A stretch of 64,000 bases of DNA. It comes from the human T2T-CHM13v2.0 reference genome, Homo sapiens. A program made the translations under genes and the position numbers. Within the stretch, counting starts at the first letter, position 1; each line of letters starts with the position of its first letter. The notes under the pieces were generated by a model. The model ran no database searches. It saw only the letters and a program-made list of their open reading frames with translations, and was not told where the DNA came from. The DNA lies in assembly GCF_009914755.1 (NCBI RefSeq), contig NC_060932.1. One strand, given 5' to 3'. Below, piece by piece: positions 41,285 to 56,383 of this stretch.

Positions 41285-43568
41285 AAAGGTATAAAATGAA
41301 CAATTTTACACTCACACACGCACACACACACATACACATTTTACAATGTAGATGTAAAGGACCAGTTTCTTGAAAAAAAAAATCACTACAATTCACTTAT
41401 TATAAGATATGTAATTGGAATAGCCCTTTAAATATTAAGAAAATTTAATTTGTAATTAAACCTCTACTCCTTTCCAGAAATCTTGAGGCAGAGGGTTTCC
41501 ATGGAGAATGCTATCCAACCTTTAAAGAAGAATTAGTATAAATTTTAAACTACCTATTCCAGAAAATAGGAGAGGAAAAGACCCTACCCAATTCATCATA
41601 CTGAAATCACAATCAGATGAAACAAAACAACAGCAACTGTAGACCACTATCCTCCTTAAATATTGACTCAAAAATCCTAACAAAATATCAGCAAATCAAA
41701 ATAAGAAATGTATAAAATGAATTATATACCATAACCTAGTGTGGAGGCTAGGCTGTTCAATATTCAAAAACTGACCAAAGTTATATGCCCTATTAACAGG
41801 CTAAGAAGAAAAATCACACGATCATGTGCATAGATTCAGAAAAAGCATTTGATAAAACTTAACACTCATTCAGGATAAAAACTCTCAGAAAAATAGGAAT
41901 ACAGGAACACTTTGAAAATCTCACATAAAGATCATCTACAAAAATGCTACAGTTGACATACTAGTGGTGGAAGACAGCTTGCTTTCCCTTGGGACTGGGA
42001 AGAAGCCTAGCATGTCTGCTCTCACTGCTCTAATCCTGCATAGCAGTGGAAGGTATAGTCACTGAAATAAGGCAGGAAAAGACAATCAAAGGCATGTATA
42101 CCAGAAAGGAAAAAATTCACAATTCTTCCTCTTTACAGATGGCAGGATTGTCTCCTTAGAAAAAACAAGGAATCTACAAAAAAACTCTTAGAACTAAGTG
42201 AATTCAAGTTCACAGGATGCAAAATCAACATACAAAAATCAACTATATTTCTCTATACTAATAATATCTCTTCATACTAATATTTCTTTGTACTACCACG
42301 TGGACTACAAAATTAAAGATACAAAACTACAAAAATACACACAAAACATGCACTGTGTAGAGAAACCTACAAAACACTGATGCAAGAAGTCAAAGAAGAT
42401 CTAAATAAATTGAGAGACATACCATGTTTATGAATTGAAAGACTCAACAAAGTAAAGGTGCCAACTCTACCCAAATTGATATACACGTACACAATTCCTA
42501 TCAAAATCTTAGTGAGATTTTTTGTAGATATAGACAATATTATTCTAAAATGTATATAGAAAAATAAAATAAATATAATAGCTGAAACAAGGTTATAACT
42601 CTCAAAACCCAAAAGCAATGAAGACCCCCCAAAATTATTAGAAATGGCAAAAGTCATGAATAGAAATTTCACTGGATAGAATATGTGGATGGCAAATCAG
42701 CACATGAGAAGCTGTTCTCAACACTATTGGCCAATGAGGGAATGTAAATTAAAACCACAGGAGAGAGATCATTCTACACATATAAGAATGGTTAAAATAA
42801 AAAATACCGGCAACATCAAATGCTGATGAGGATGCAGAGAAACTGGGTCTCATATATGACAGGTAGGAATGTAAAATGGCACATCTACTTTTGCAAATAG
42901 CTGGGCAATTTCTTAAAAAACTAAGCACTCAACTATCATACCAACAAGAAATTACAATCCTGGGCATTTATCCCAGAGAAGTGAAAATTTATTTTCATTT
43001 CACCCAAAAACCTGTAGCCAAATGTTCATGGCAGATTTATTTGTAATAACCCCAAACTGGAAACAGCCCAAATATTTTTCAGCAAGTGAATGGTTAAAGA
43101 AACCATGGTACATCTACACCGTGGAATTGTACTCAGCAATAAAAAGGAATGAACTATTCATGCAAGCAACAACTTACATGAATATCCAGAGAAATATATA
43201 AAACAAAGAAAAAGCCAATCCCAAAAGGTTACACACTGCGTGATTCCATTTATTCAATGTTATTGAACTGACAAAATTATATTGATGGAGAGCAGCTTAG
43301 TGCTTGCCAGGGATTAAGGATGGGAGCAGTGGGGAGGGACATGGATCCTATTAAAAAATGAAATAGGAGGCATGGTTGTGGTGATGGAAGTGCTCAGAAT
43401 CTTGATTGTATCAACATCCACATCCTGGTGGCATTGTACCATAGCTTTGCAAGACATGAATGCTGGAGAAACTGGACAAATATGTGTGAGATTTGCCTGT
43501 ATTATTTCTTGTAACTGCATCTGAATTTACACTTACTTCAAAATAAATATTTTCATTTAATTTAAAAA
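41285..43568 (+). mobile_element. L1M (L1MD/L1MC-like) ORF2 remnants and 3' end
   Basis: A-rich L1 text (gattcagaaaaagcatttgataaaa; aaagaagatctaaataaa) and a 3'UTR ending ...tcaaaataaa. Confidence 0.88.
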
Positions 43569-46500
43569 ATGATTTTCTGACCAAGTGCAAATCCTTCAAG
43601 CCCTGCTTTATGGGGAATGCCTGGAACTCCCATGCCAGGTGCTGCGGGGTCCTTCACTGATGACAGCTGTCTCTTGGTGCTGGGGATGGAGACTCCTGCT
43701 TGATGTGACTGTGACCTCATAATAGTGCTCCATATCTTTAACAACAAAAGGTCTGAATTGGGGGCTCTTTGTTTTGACAGTTTTGGAGCCTGGGGTTGGG
43801 AGGGAATGAGGAACAGTTCTATACATACCTGAATGAACTGTGCGTCTGGTGCTCTCGGAGTAGATTCCATGCTGTTGAATGAAGTTTTTATGGTTCTTAG
43901 AACAGTTGTGACCACTCCTCTTGACGTCTCCTCCCCACATTCACATTTAAGTGCTTATTGAATCATTTAGGGTGCTTTTTCTGGCAAAGATAATAGAAAC
44001 CTTGCTTGAATACTCATATAACAAGAATTTTGGAGGTAAGGCACATAGACAGTGCAGATGCATTATCAAGATGCAGGTCCTTTCCTTCTGTCTGCACTGC
44101 CATTCTTAGTATTCAGGTGACAACATTCATCCCCAGTTGTCAACTCCAGGCACAACTCCCCAGGCAGGTGAGGGAGCATGCATCTTGCCTTGTCTCTCTC
44201 CTGTATCTGGAGGCTGGCCCTAGCAGAGGGTGCCTCATCCTCCCATTGCCCAGAATTGGGTGACATGCCCATTCCTGACTAGACCACCTCTGCCTAGATG
44301 GGTGGATGTATGCAGTGTGTCCTGTGAGGAAGACAGGGGAGGTGTTCCTGCTAAGGTAGCCTCATGGCACATTGTACCCTGCTGTGTACCAGCTATGTGT
44401 TAGGTGCATTACATTTGGTTCTGCAACAACTTTACACACTAAGTAGTGGAGGGTCCAGCAACACAAAGGGGAGTGTCATTCATGGTGGTTGAGGCACACA
44501 TGTCACTACACATCAGAGGACAGGGCTGCAAGAGGAGGAGACTTTGAAAACAGAACTACCTTCACTCTCATTAAACCCCTCATTCTCAACAGTGGTTATT
44601 TTGTGGGTTTGTACTGTCTAGATACCTTTTTTATTGTATTAACTTGTGTGCTTATTAATTATTTTTAGACAAAAAGCAAACTTTTCAGCCAATGTGACTC
44701 CTGGCTCAGCCACTTTCACATCTGGGCTCATCTTTGTGAATGAACTTGTGAATAGTTCGGGCAGAATTGTTGGAAATGCAGAGGGTGTCTTGGAATGAGC
44801 ATCACGTCCCGGCTGATGTTACCCATTTGAGCATATGCCATGCTGACTTTCTATTTCTCTTCTGGGTACCAGCCACGTGTGGTTTTCAATTCTGTCTTTG
44901 GGTGATCCGTCTTTCATGTTTACAGATGGGCGAACTGACCATCCGTGGATTCCTACACAAGAGTTCCTTGATGGGCAAATAGGTAATTATTTACAAGTAT
45001 GATCACAGATTTCTCAAAGCAGTGTGCCAAGCTACAAGACTCCTTTCTGTAGGAGAAAAAGGAAACTTGTAGGAATAGGAGAAGTGGAAAAAACCATTTC
45101 CTGACACCAGCATTTGTAATTAAGCAGAATATTCCATGTTGTTGCAACCAGGATTCCAAGCATTACCTGTTTCAGAGACCCCCAAGGAGTTGCTAGTTGG
45201 TTTGTTTGTACATGGTGTGTGGTAGGCACTCAACAAGTGTTTGCTGGTCAACTTTTGGTGGGTCTGGCATTTCTCTTATAGCACCTAGCTATTATAAGGA
45301 TTCAGAAGGGCAGATACTGCAGATTAATGATGATTTAAAAGCAGCAAAACCCAAAGCTAACCCAGTTTTTCCTTATTATGCTCTTCAAAGCAGTTTTGGT
45401 TTGGCTTCAGCATCCCTTAGGGAAGGGGTTTGGATCCAGTCATATTTTATCTGTAATGATTCCCCATCTTAGGTTTGTAGGCAGTGCCTCCAGTCCCTAT
45501 GGGTATCTCTGCCAGTCTAAACTAAATAGTGCCGATTGTATATTGAAAACATGCACTGGATTTTACAAACCAAGAGAAGCAAGAGAGAGATTTTTAAATT
45601 CTCATCAATGCATAAATACATTTAGATTTTTAAAAATAAATAGAATATTTGTCAAGGATCCACCTTAGCTAAGTCAGCATTCACACACTTGTGTGTGTGT
45701 GTGCATGCTCCTGTTCCTGTCCATGAGGAAGTGGAGGAAGGGATGGCCCTGAAGACTCTCTGTGATTGGCTTCAGTCACCATTCTGTCTAATTGTTCATT
45801 AAAATATCATAGCGCTACCCATAGGGTGAATACCTACATAAATTTCACAGTAGTTTCTTTTTGAAATCTTTCAAACAAGAAAAAGTTGTTTAAGGGCTAA
45901 GCCATGTTGCTCAGCAATATTATGTGTTTACATAATTTTATTTATTTTCTTTATTTCACAGCTCCTAGGACTTCAGGCATTAGGATTAATTCATAAGAAA
46001 GCTCACTGTGTTTCTCTGAAGTTTATTTTATGGTAGGAGAATATTTTCAATAAATTATGAACTCTGTGAAATGTATATGTAGTTGATGGACATTGAGTAT
46101 ATTTTCACTCTCATTGGATAGTTCTTCTGTCAAAACTTATTTCTTGTCTGAAAGCTACCAATCGGGCAACATTATCGGTACTACCATCTTCCTTACTCTT
46201 CACCCCTCCTCCTTAAGTAACAAATGGCTGTCTTTCATCCTTTGCTCTATTAGTTCTAATCAATACCCTAATTATGTAAATGATACTCAGCAGTGTTATC
46301 AGAAAGCGACTTGTTAGAGGAAAATTGTTAAGGCATAGATACACAAGGAAAGACAAAATAAACGCTTCAGAATTTTATACAAAGAAACCTTTCTATTCAA
46401 ATAACAGAGAAAGTAATTTGAACAGCAGGGAGAGTGACAGAAGTTGGGGAAGGGGGCAGAAGATACATACATGTATATATCAGAGAAAAAGAAGGCATAA

Positions 46501-46623
46501 GAGACATGGGAAAATCCATATATGTATGTATATATATAGGTATATATACATACATATATACACACACACATTATTTTAAAAGATGCTTATAGAATCCATA
46601 TATTACATTTGTGAATGTCTTTA

Positions 46624-46989
<366 letters not shown>

Positions 46990-47205
46990 TAATAGTTCAA
47001 TTTTACAATAAGAAAAGTGTGCTATAACATAGGTTAAATAAAGTCGCACATGAAGTGTACCTACCCTTATTGAACCTCTTCATGGGTTCCATCTCCTAGC
47101 ATCATGATTTCGTTATGTTTGCCACCTGCTGTGTAGAATAGCAGATTGTTATTTTGTTCTGCTGTACTGGCATTTAATAAAAAGGCCCATGTTGAATCCA
47201 TGTAG

Positions 47206-47540
<335 letters not shown>

Positions 47541-48099
47541 CGAATCCATGTAGAATTTCACACCTGAGTGACCTGTGCTTCAGAGCCTGTCAAAGTCCAG
47601 GTGACAGACCTTTGACAACTCACCCCAGGGGAGCTTACCTGCACTTTCTCTGTGGCACTGAAGTGTTTGTCCTGGGACCCTGCCTGCTGGTTTCCAGCAG
47701 TGTTTGCGTGGCCTGTTTTTCTGTGGTGACACGCATGGACGTATGATTTATACTTGTGGATCACTCCTGCTGCACAGCAGGTGCTATCCAGCCAGCTGCA
47801 GCTCTGCTACTTCTGCTCAGAAGCACGTGGGAACACACTGGAGAGGAGAGTGAGTTTACCACAGGGAGAACTGCATACTTTCTAATTTACAGAACTTGGC
47901 GATTCTCTACTACTTAACAAAGTTAACAAATAACTTTTGGCACACCTCACAGAGAGGTGACATGCAGTGACCCTTGATTGCTCTGCCTGCACTGTGGCAA
48001 ACACGGAACCAGAGCCACTGCGCTGCGGGAAGGCAGAGTTCAAGGGGTGGAGGGCGGGGGTTAGAAAAAGCCCTAGGTGAGCCCTCCCTGCTTCCTCCT

Positions 48100-48285
48100 G
48101 CTTCAGCTGGCCAGGAAGGTGACTGAAGCCATCAAAGCCTCTGTTTCCTCATCTGTAAAGTGGGAATACATGACCCCCAACCTCATTAGACTTTTGTGAT
48201 TATGCAATGAAATGACCAGCTTAAAGCATTTAGCGTGGTGCCTGGCACAGAGTGAATAGCTGATATACCCTAGCTCTATTATTAT
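48100..48285 (+). mobile_element. MIR SINE
   Basis: gcctctgtttcctcatctgtaaagtggg...aaagcatttagcgtggtgcctggcacagagt. Confidence 0.8.
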
Positions 48286-50416
48286 AGCTAATCTAGCTAT
48301 CTCATTTGATTGTCTTCCTGAAGAAATGCTTTCAGTAAGTGATGTTTCATCATAGACATCATAAAACTTTACATTCTCAATGTTTTCAAACTTCTTAGCA
48401 ACAGGATCTATTACTAACAAACAAGATCATTAGAAAATAAAAAGTATAACATTCAAAGACCATAGCTATGATGAAAAGGACAATTTGTGTAGTATTATTC
48501 AATAGTGTCTTGAAAGATGCCATCATTTTTACAGTTGGTGTTTTAAAATATCTTTCTATATACAGAGAAGTCGATTACTCTGAAGATTTTTATGGGACCG
48601 GTAGCCTTTGTGTTTCTTCCTGCTATAGCTTTCAGACCATCAGCACATAACATTTTTGCCAACTTATTGATTACGTTTTTAAAATTAGCATAAATTCTTA
48701 AAATTCTTTCTTCTTTTGTATCCATGTCAAAAGGTTAGCAAAATAGGATATATTCACGTTTGTCTGCATTTGTCTAAAAATGCCAGAAAAAAGAGATCTG
48801 TATATTTGTGCTCTTTTGAACTTTGACGATATCACATAATCTTAAATATCAAACTAACTCAATAGGTATTATAATTTTTTTGGAGTATTCATTTTATTAT
48901 CAGAAAATGACTATATAGCCCTCTACCAACTACCATACTTATTACAATGTCTAAGTAGAGGCTGTAATAATTTTTTAATAAACTGATGCATTTCTTCCTC
49001 GAAGGCTACACAGCAAATTGCTTTGAACAACCTCCCAACTCACTTTAAAAAGGTTTGAATTTTGCATATATTTTCAATAATACTAAGTCATTCATTCCTT
49101 GTGTGCATAAAAAAGTTAAAAAATATTTTCTTGTCCTCAATATGTTTTATTTCAAGATGCCCCAGCAGAGACCCCAGAACTATTCTGCAAACGTTTATTG
49201 TAGAGGTTGCTTTGAGGTCTTGGGTGTTTTCCATCCCATAGTTGGATATGTTTTGCCATCCTTTCTTGTCACTGACTTCGTTTGAAGGTCAGCATCTACT
49301 GTGTCATTTGCATCTTGTCACACAGTGGACAGCAGGTGATGAATTAGCTCATGCAATATGGTTAATTTCATATAAAGCCAATCAATAACATTATATTCAT
49401 TATTAAAGCTTCTATTAAACATCTTGTTTTTAACCAGAAATTTACTACTAGTTTTAAAGCGAACTATTTCGTACTGTGCAGTTTTCCACCAGAGAAAAAA
49501 ATACACAGGCTGAAAATTATAACTTTACTTGAATAGATCAATTTATTAGAACATATAAACTGAGATAGGCACCTGGTTCCATTGAGATAAGCAAGGGTTC
49601 AAATCCTGGCTCCTTCACTTCTAAGTAGGATATAATGCTTATAGTATTATAACACAGTTTTAAATTTGTGGATTGAATTTACCAGCCCATCCCAAATTTA
49701 TAGGGTTTAGAATGTCAAATAAAGGCTGACCATTAAAAAAATACATAAAGTTGGAGTGGTTTATTATTAGTAAACAGAGCTTTTTATTTTATGAATAATA
49801 TAAAATCTCTAAACAGAATTGCTTTTTGTAGATACATTGTCTTAAAACCAGCATTTAAGTTGCTTATATTTTGTGGGTTATTTCCTTTCCATTTTAAGTC
49901 TTGAGTCTAAAACGTGAAAAGGGGATTGAACAATAAGGAGACTCCTTCAAAGAACTGATACTCTAGAAGACATCAGCACTTGAGAGAATAGCTTTTAAAC
50001 AGCAGCTGAAATATGAGGCCTCTCTTTTAGATATCCTAAAAATCATCTTCTTTATCGTGTTTTATCGTGTTTTCTCTTTCTCGGGAAGCTGTGTCCTCTG
50101 TGGGCAGAGCCAGGGTCGCAGACATGAGTGGATAGATCAGCGCGGAAAATGCTGGCGTGAGAAGACCTCACTCAGACTTCCCAGGCCCACACTGATGGAC
50201 ACTTTTCATTCCCTTCCGCTTCTTCCATTCTCCCTCTTTTCCCAAGCTCCATGTTAGATACTTTTAATCTTATGTCCTTCTTCTCCAATTCAACAAGTTC
50301 CCACTACTGAGGACCTTTTACACTTCTTTCTCTATTGACCTTTGTTTCCTGGACTTGGTAACAAGATTACACTAAGTATCAGAAAGAGTCCAGATGAGTT
50401 ATTTTGCTATCTTTTA

Positions 50417-50834
<418 letters not shown>

Positions 50835-53800
50835 TTAATTAATAGATTGTTTCTAAAAAACATAGTTCCTTTTGGTGACACATGTGATTATGGGAGATTG
50901 CTAGAGGAAATCATCACAGTTTATCTTTAAAATACCATGGGATTTTTTTGGTAACAGTTACGTAATTGCCATCAGGCATGGAATATTTTGGTGGTGCTGA
51001 AATGCCTGTGCACTCAGATATACATTTTCTGCTCTGCAGCAGAAGGAATATTGGAAAATGCACATTTAGTTTTGGGGGGACTATGAAATGGAAATTGTGT
51101 ATAACCGTTTCTCTTATTCAACCACAAAGGGTGTGGAACATTATTTCATAACGATCTGTTTGTTGGGTCCAGAATTCAGTCTCTTTTAAGGGAAACGTAA
51201 AATAAAAGCCATCATGCATAATTATAGAGTTGATGTGTTTATTTTTATATAAGGCAATCATTTCAACAAAAATTTTGAGCTGTTTAATAAAATGTGACCA
51301 CTATTTACTACTACCCCAAGTCTTGACTTCAGGGGCTGTTTACTAGCCAGCTGGTGGTTTTATACACTGGAAGAGTTTGGCGATGTGTCTCATGGCTTCG
51401 TTGAAAGGCTCTCCTATGTCACACAGACTTTTCTTAATTTACTCATGCATTCGTGCAATCTTACTGTGGGTGATTATTCTATAACTGTCCCCCAAGGGCA
51501 AGGAAGGGCTCTGGACACTTGGTGCAGGAGTCGGAATGCCCTGTTTCCTGCAATCTCCATCGCTACCCACAGAACAGTTGCTCCTGCACCAGGGAGGGGG
51601 TTTCTTTGCATTTTCTCAACCCCGTAGTAAATTCAGGGGGGTTTGTGAATGTGCTGTCATCACAGTTACTGGTTCACCGTCAGTCTGGTGCTGCCACCTC
51701 TGAAATCCGACATGAACATCTCACTCCCCCAGCTCTTATCTGGGCTCAGCTGCCCATGCTGCCCATGACTGCACTCCACCAAGCAGCTGGCTGGACCGTC
51801 TCACTGCCCTGTGGACAAGCCGTCTAAGGCGGAAGTCTTTGTTAGAGTGTGGTCTGTCTTGTGAAGCTGCAGACATGATGTCCCAGCACACAGTGAGGCA
51901 GGGGACATCCTGGAGGCCATCTGAGCAGCCAGAGTTATTGGTTAGTTACTTGGCCTATGGATCTCTTATTTTTTTTTTAAGCAAATGGTAAATGCCCCTT
52001 TGGAATAATCAAATAATGTAATCAGCTCTCTTGCTGGGATTAGATCAATAGAGAATTTTGATTTTCAAGGGTTGGTTGAAGAGGAGATATGGGAGCTGCA
52101 GTGCCTGGGCAGCTCTGGAGGGGACAGTCCCAGCATTGACTGCCACAAAGGCTGGACTCTAACTGCCTGGCGATATAAGGAAGTTGTCAGCTCTCTGAGG
52201 CCTGGGGAAAGAGGGTAGCAAGTCCAGTGAGATGCCACTGAAGATAAACAGACAGCCGAGGGATTTTCCTCTAGGTCTTGGTGGTGACAGTTCTCAGGGT
52301 ATGTGCTTGATCTCCAAGTCCATCCACCCCCCTAGGCTCCACCCACCTACAGATAAAATTCATGTGATATGGTAAGAGCTCAATAAACATTTACTGTTGT
52401 GGACGGAATTGAATTTAATCCTTTCCTAAGCTGTGGTGTTTGTCCTTCAAAGGCTAAATAGCAAAGAGAACCTGTGGCATGAAGAGAATGCATCACTGCT
52501 CTGTGGAGACTTCGAATCTAAAGGAATTGCCCACGTGAGGGGGAGAAACAGTTTAGCTAAATGGGAAATGTACAGTTAAAGATTTGCCCATTGAGTTCTG
52601 TTAGAGTGGGGAAACATTTACTTCATGCTCATGATTCCTCATTTGACTGTGCATAGATTTCTTTCACAAAGATATGATGTAATTGTAGTAATATTTTCTT
52701 AGTATATCAGGGCCTGGAGTGAAATTGCACATTATATTACATGGAGACTTACACATTGAGCTCCAGAGTTCTCATTTGACAAACTTCCCCCACTTACAAA
52801 AAGGCTTTTCTTTTGCTGAAAAGGCCAGGTACTTTCTGAAATACTACGTTCTCTGCCTTAATCAAATCCAAATGGTGTTTAGGAAGATGCAAGAGAAATT
52901 AATGAAGTTTTTACTTATTTACAAGATACAGACAACAAATTTAGGGCTTAGCAGTATTCAAAGGCTTACTCTCTTGGAAGCAATTTGATGTCTTAAGCCT
53001 GCATAAACCCTGTGTCACTTTTTACTACTCTTTTCCAAGTCACTGTTGCTTTTGACCATCCATTTTGTTTCATAATTGCTCTTCTAGTTTTAAAGCAACA
53101 TCATTCTTGAAAATGTGCACTTGAAAATTTAAAAGGCAAAGAAAATATGCAAAGTTGAATGCAGCTGGCAGGGACTGGCCTAAGTAAAACAGCATACTTC
53201 TTTGATGAAAGCATCCAGTGCCGAAACTGTGACATGGTCAAAGACTGTGTGCTCTGGATTAAAAATGTGAATGGCATATTCTGAGCCTAACAGTTAAAAA
53301 TCCATCAGAATTTAGACTCTGGGCCAATAGACCAAGGGCACCATGTCCAAGTTCAGTATTGCCAGTACATTATCCTGTCTTTCAAGAGATAGATGTAAGA
53401 GTATTTTTCTCATTTGTGGATGCACTCAAATGGGTTTTCTTCTTGATAGAGAATTTTAAAAAAGAGGCAAAATTTTGCTCTTTGTCACAGAAAGGTACTG
53501 GCAACAAGTGACTTTTGGAACTAGGGTCTGGTAGGATCAACAAAGCTAAAAATAAATGGAACTGAAAGGTTATTCTGGCCTTTTTATGACCTGAGAAACT
53601 AAAATGATTTTTTCATAAAATTATTAAGAGTAATCTACCAACATCACAGAAGTTCAGTCACTCATTGGTTCTATGGTGTTGTAAGAGAAAAAAAATGAAT
53701 CATATTTCTTCCTTAGTGGCATCTCACTTCCAGGGGCTTTTGTTCCTTTCAAGGGTGAGTTCCGAGTGAGTCCTTCCTTGGTGTTTGTATGACCTACATA

Positions 53801-55939
53801 GTGCGCAGTCTGCCCCCAGCTCAGGAGCCCTGTGTGCAATGCAACTCATTTTAAAATGCAATGCATTATAATCATTTCCTTAATTCAAATCTGATGAATT
53901 ATTTGAAGTCTTACTCTGTTGTTTCTCTGATAGTCCTAGCATTTCACAGATGAATACTTTTAGGGGAAAAAAGCATTCATGCAAATGAATCTCATCTAAT
54001 GTTACTGTGTGCCGTTCCCACTCAAAATGAAGCTCTTCTTACCCATTGGAACATTTTCTGTTTCTCCTCCAGACAGAAAAATCTGAAAATCTATAGATCA
54101 GAATAAAATAGGCTAGGAAACATTTAAGTAAGTTTGCTCAGTAAAAATGCTTCAGTGAAGAGTCCCTCAAAACCCTTTTTACCTTATTGAGAGATGCATT
54201 TCTTTAGGTCACCAAGACAAACTTTGTTCAAAGCTCCTCATATCTTCTCCAGGAAAGAAATCATCCCTTACAGCTATGGTGTGAAACTCAAGCACAGGAC
54301 TCTGATTTGGAGAGCACCACTAAAGGATTTACTTGTGCTCTGGTTACATGGTGGAATCTAGCAGAGAAGCCCAATGTATCCTGTGCGGTCACTTTGTCTA
54401 CCTATCACCCACGTGTTTGCCCCATTTTGTTTGTTTGATCATATCACAGGTTCCAGCAAGGGTTTGAGAGGACATAACAAAGGCACAGAGGACCCTAGGA
54501 AGCTGATTGCCTATGCTCAGTTACATTGGCTCTTGCAGGACTGGACATTTGGCTGAAGTCACAAAACAGACACAAACAGAATGAAGCCAGTGGTGACGAC
54601 TGAGAAGCTGACCCGCCTCTGGCATTTGTCCGTATCCACACTAGAGATGGAACTCCCAGGTGACTTTTGGGCCTGCCAGTTTCCCATGCACAGGGCCACT
54701 GAATCCGGCTGAGAGAAGAGAGCGGTGAGATATTTATTTTGCTTTTTTCCTCAATGGTTTTTCTTTTCTTTTAACACTCTGGTTTTAATTCAGGGCAAGT
54801 TTGTTTAAAGTCTCATGAAGTAATTTATGATACAATAAGTCAAATAGATATTATATTCTTTTTCTTGTTAAAACTCTTGCGTCTCTTATTTAGATTTCCA
54901 TGGAAAACCCTATGCTGTAAGATAGTTAACTTTTTAATATCTACAGCTGATGCATTCCTAACTATACAGTTATATGTGTATTTATATGCATATGTATGCA
55001 TTATACCGTTAATATATGTACATATATAATTACAAAGAAGAAAAACTTTCTAATCACATTTATAAATTGAAGATCATAAAAGAATGGCATTTAGCTCAGT
55101 TACCTAAGAGTGACTGGCTCACAGTATAGAGGCCACTTAAAAAGTATTTATTGAACGAATAAATACAATCAGTGGGGATGCGACTAAGCATAAGCATTTC
55201 TGTTCTCAATGGAAATTATTCTATGGTGGTTATTTGATAACTTAGAAAAGCCTTCATGTTAGAATAAACATCTAAGGGGTATATTTGAAGAAAGAAAACA
55301 ATATTCTACTTATTAAAATGATTTTCAAAGGTCTGGAATTTTACAGAATCTCTCACAGGATTAAAAAAACACAGAAACTATTACTCAAGCAATAAGCCCC
55401 ACAATCTCTAAGTTATACATTTGCTGAACAGCTTCTTTTTGATGTTAAAACAAAACAAAATGAAAAGCACAAAACCCTTCCAACAGAAGAAAGCTGAAAA
55501 CCAAGCAAACAAAAAACGGATCTATTTCTTTAGAGCCTATTTCTGTGCATGTGCTTCAGAGCACTTCCACTGAGATTTGGCTGCATGTGACAAAAAATTA
55601 GAAAGAGGCAATTTAGCTGCCTGCCTGGTGAATTTTTACAAATGGGCTACTTTTATTGGAATCTAAAGATTTTGCATAAAAGGAACTCCAAAATGTGAGT
55701 AAAAAGAGGTTTGACATTGAAGGCATGTCTGGCAAAGTGCTTAGTGCCTTCTGAGCATGAATTAAGTATTTCCTGTGTGTGGAATGAATGAAGGACCAGC
55801 CACAGTGCTTGCTGTGCTTCCATGCAGTTGGCAAACTCTGTGACTTGCCATGCCAGGCCATGGCGTCTTAGCAGGTGGCATGCTGTCCATCCGCAGCACA
55901 CCCTAGACCAAGGAGGCATCATGGAGGCCTCTGCTCCCT

Positions 55940-56215
55940 CATTGCCTTTTAAATTCCTCCAGCATCTTCCTCTCCTCTGATCGCCTGGCCTTGGTCAGGA
56001 GCTCCGATTATGCCTTCATAGACACATTGCTGTTTCTCATAGTAATGGTCATATTTTGCAATTATACACTGATTTTTATTTGAATAATGCCGTTTTAATG
56101 GAGTGTTAGTTCCATGAAGGCAGTGGAGATTTGGTCACTATTGTATCTCTAGCATTTAGCACAGTGCTAAGACCTGTGGAGTGTGCTAAATACAGATTTC
56201 AAAATGAATGAATAA
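55940..56215 (+). mobile_element. L2 3' end
   Basis: agttccatgaaggcag...tgtatctctagcatttagcacagtgc...aatgaatgaat tail. Confidence 0.75.
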
Positions 56216-56296
56216 GATCACTGTAACAGTAATGACCAAATTACTGTGGTTCTGACCGTCACCAACTCAGATAGGCCCCTTATAGAGCTCCATCAC

Positions 56297-56383
56297 CTGT
56301 AAGGACTGCCTCTGTGGGTTTGAAAAGCTCCACTCCTGGTTCTGTCCACTGTAAGGACTGCCTCTGTGGGTCTGAAATGCTCC
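56297..56383. repeat. Two-copy 35-bp direct repeat, period 52 bp
   Basis: ctgtaaggactgcctctgtgggt(t/c)tgaaa(a/t)gctcc at 56297-56331 and 56349-56383. Confidence 0.9.

Noticed and set aside
56297-56383. Repeat-spacer-repeat resembling a mini CRISPR array
   Set aside because: Only two copies, 17-bp spacer, no cas genes, primate genomic context.
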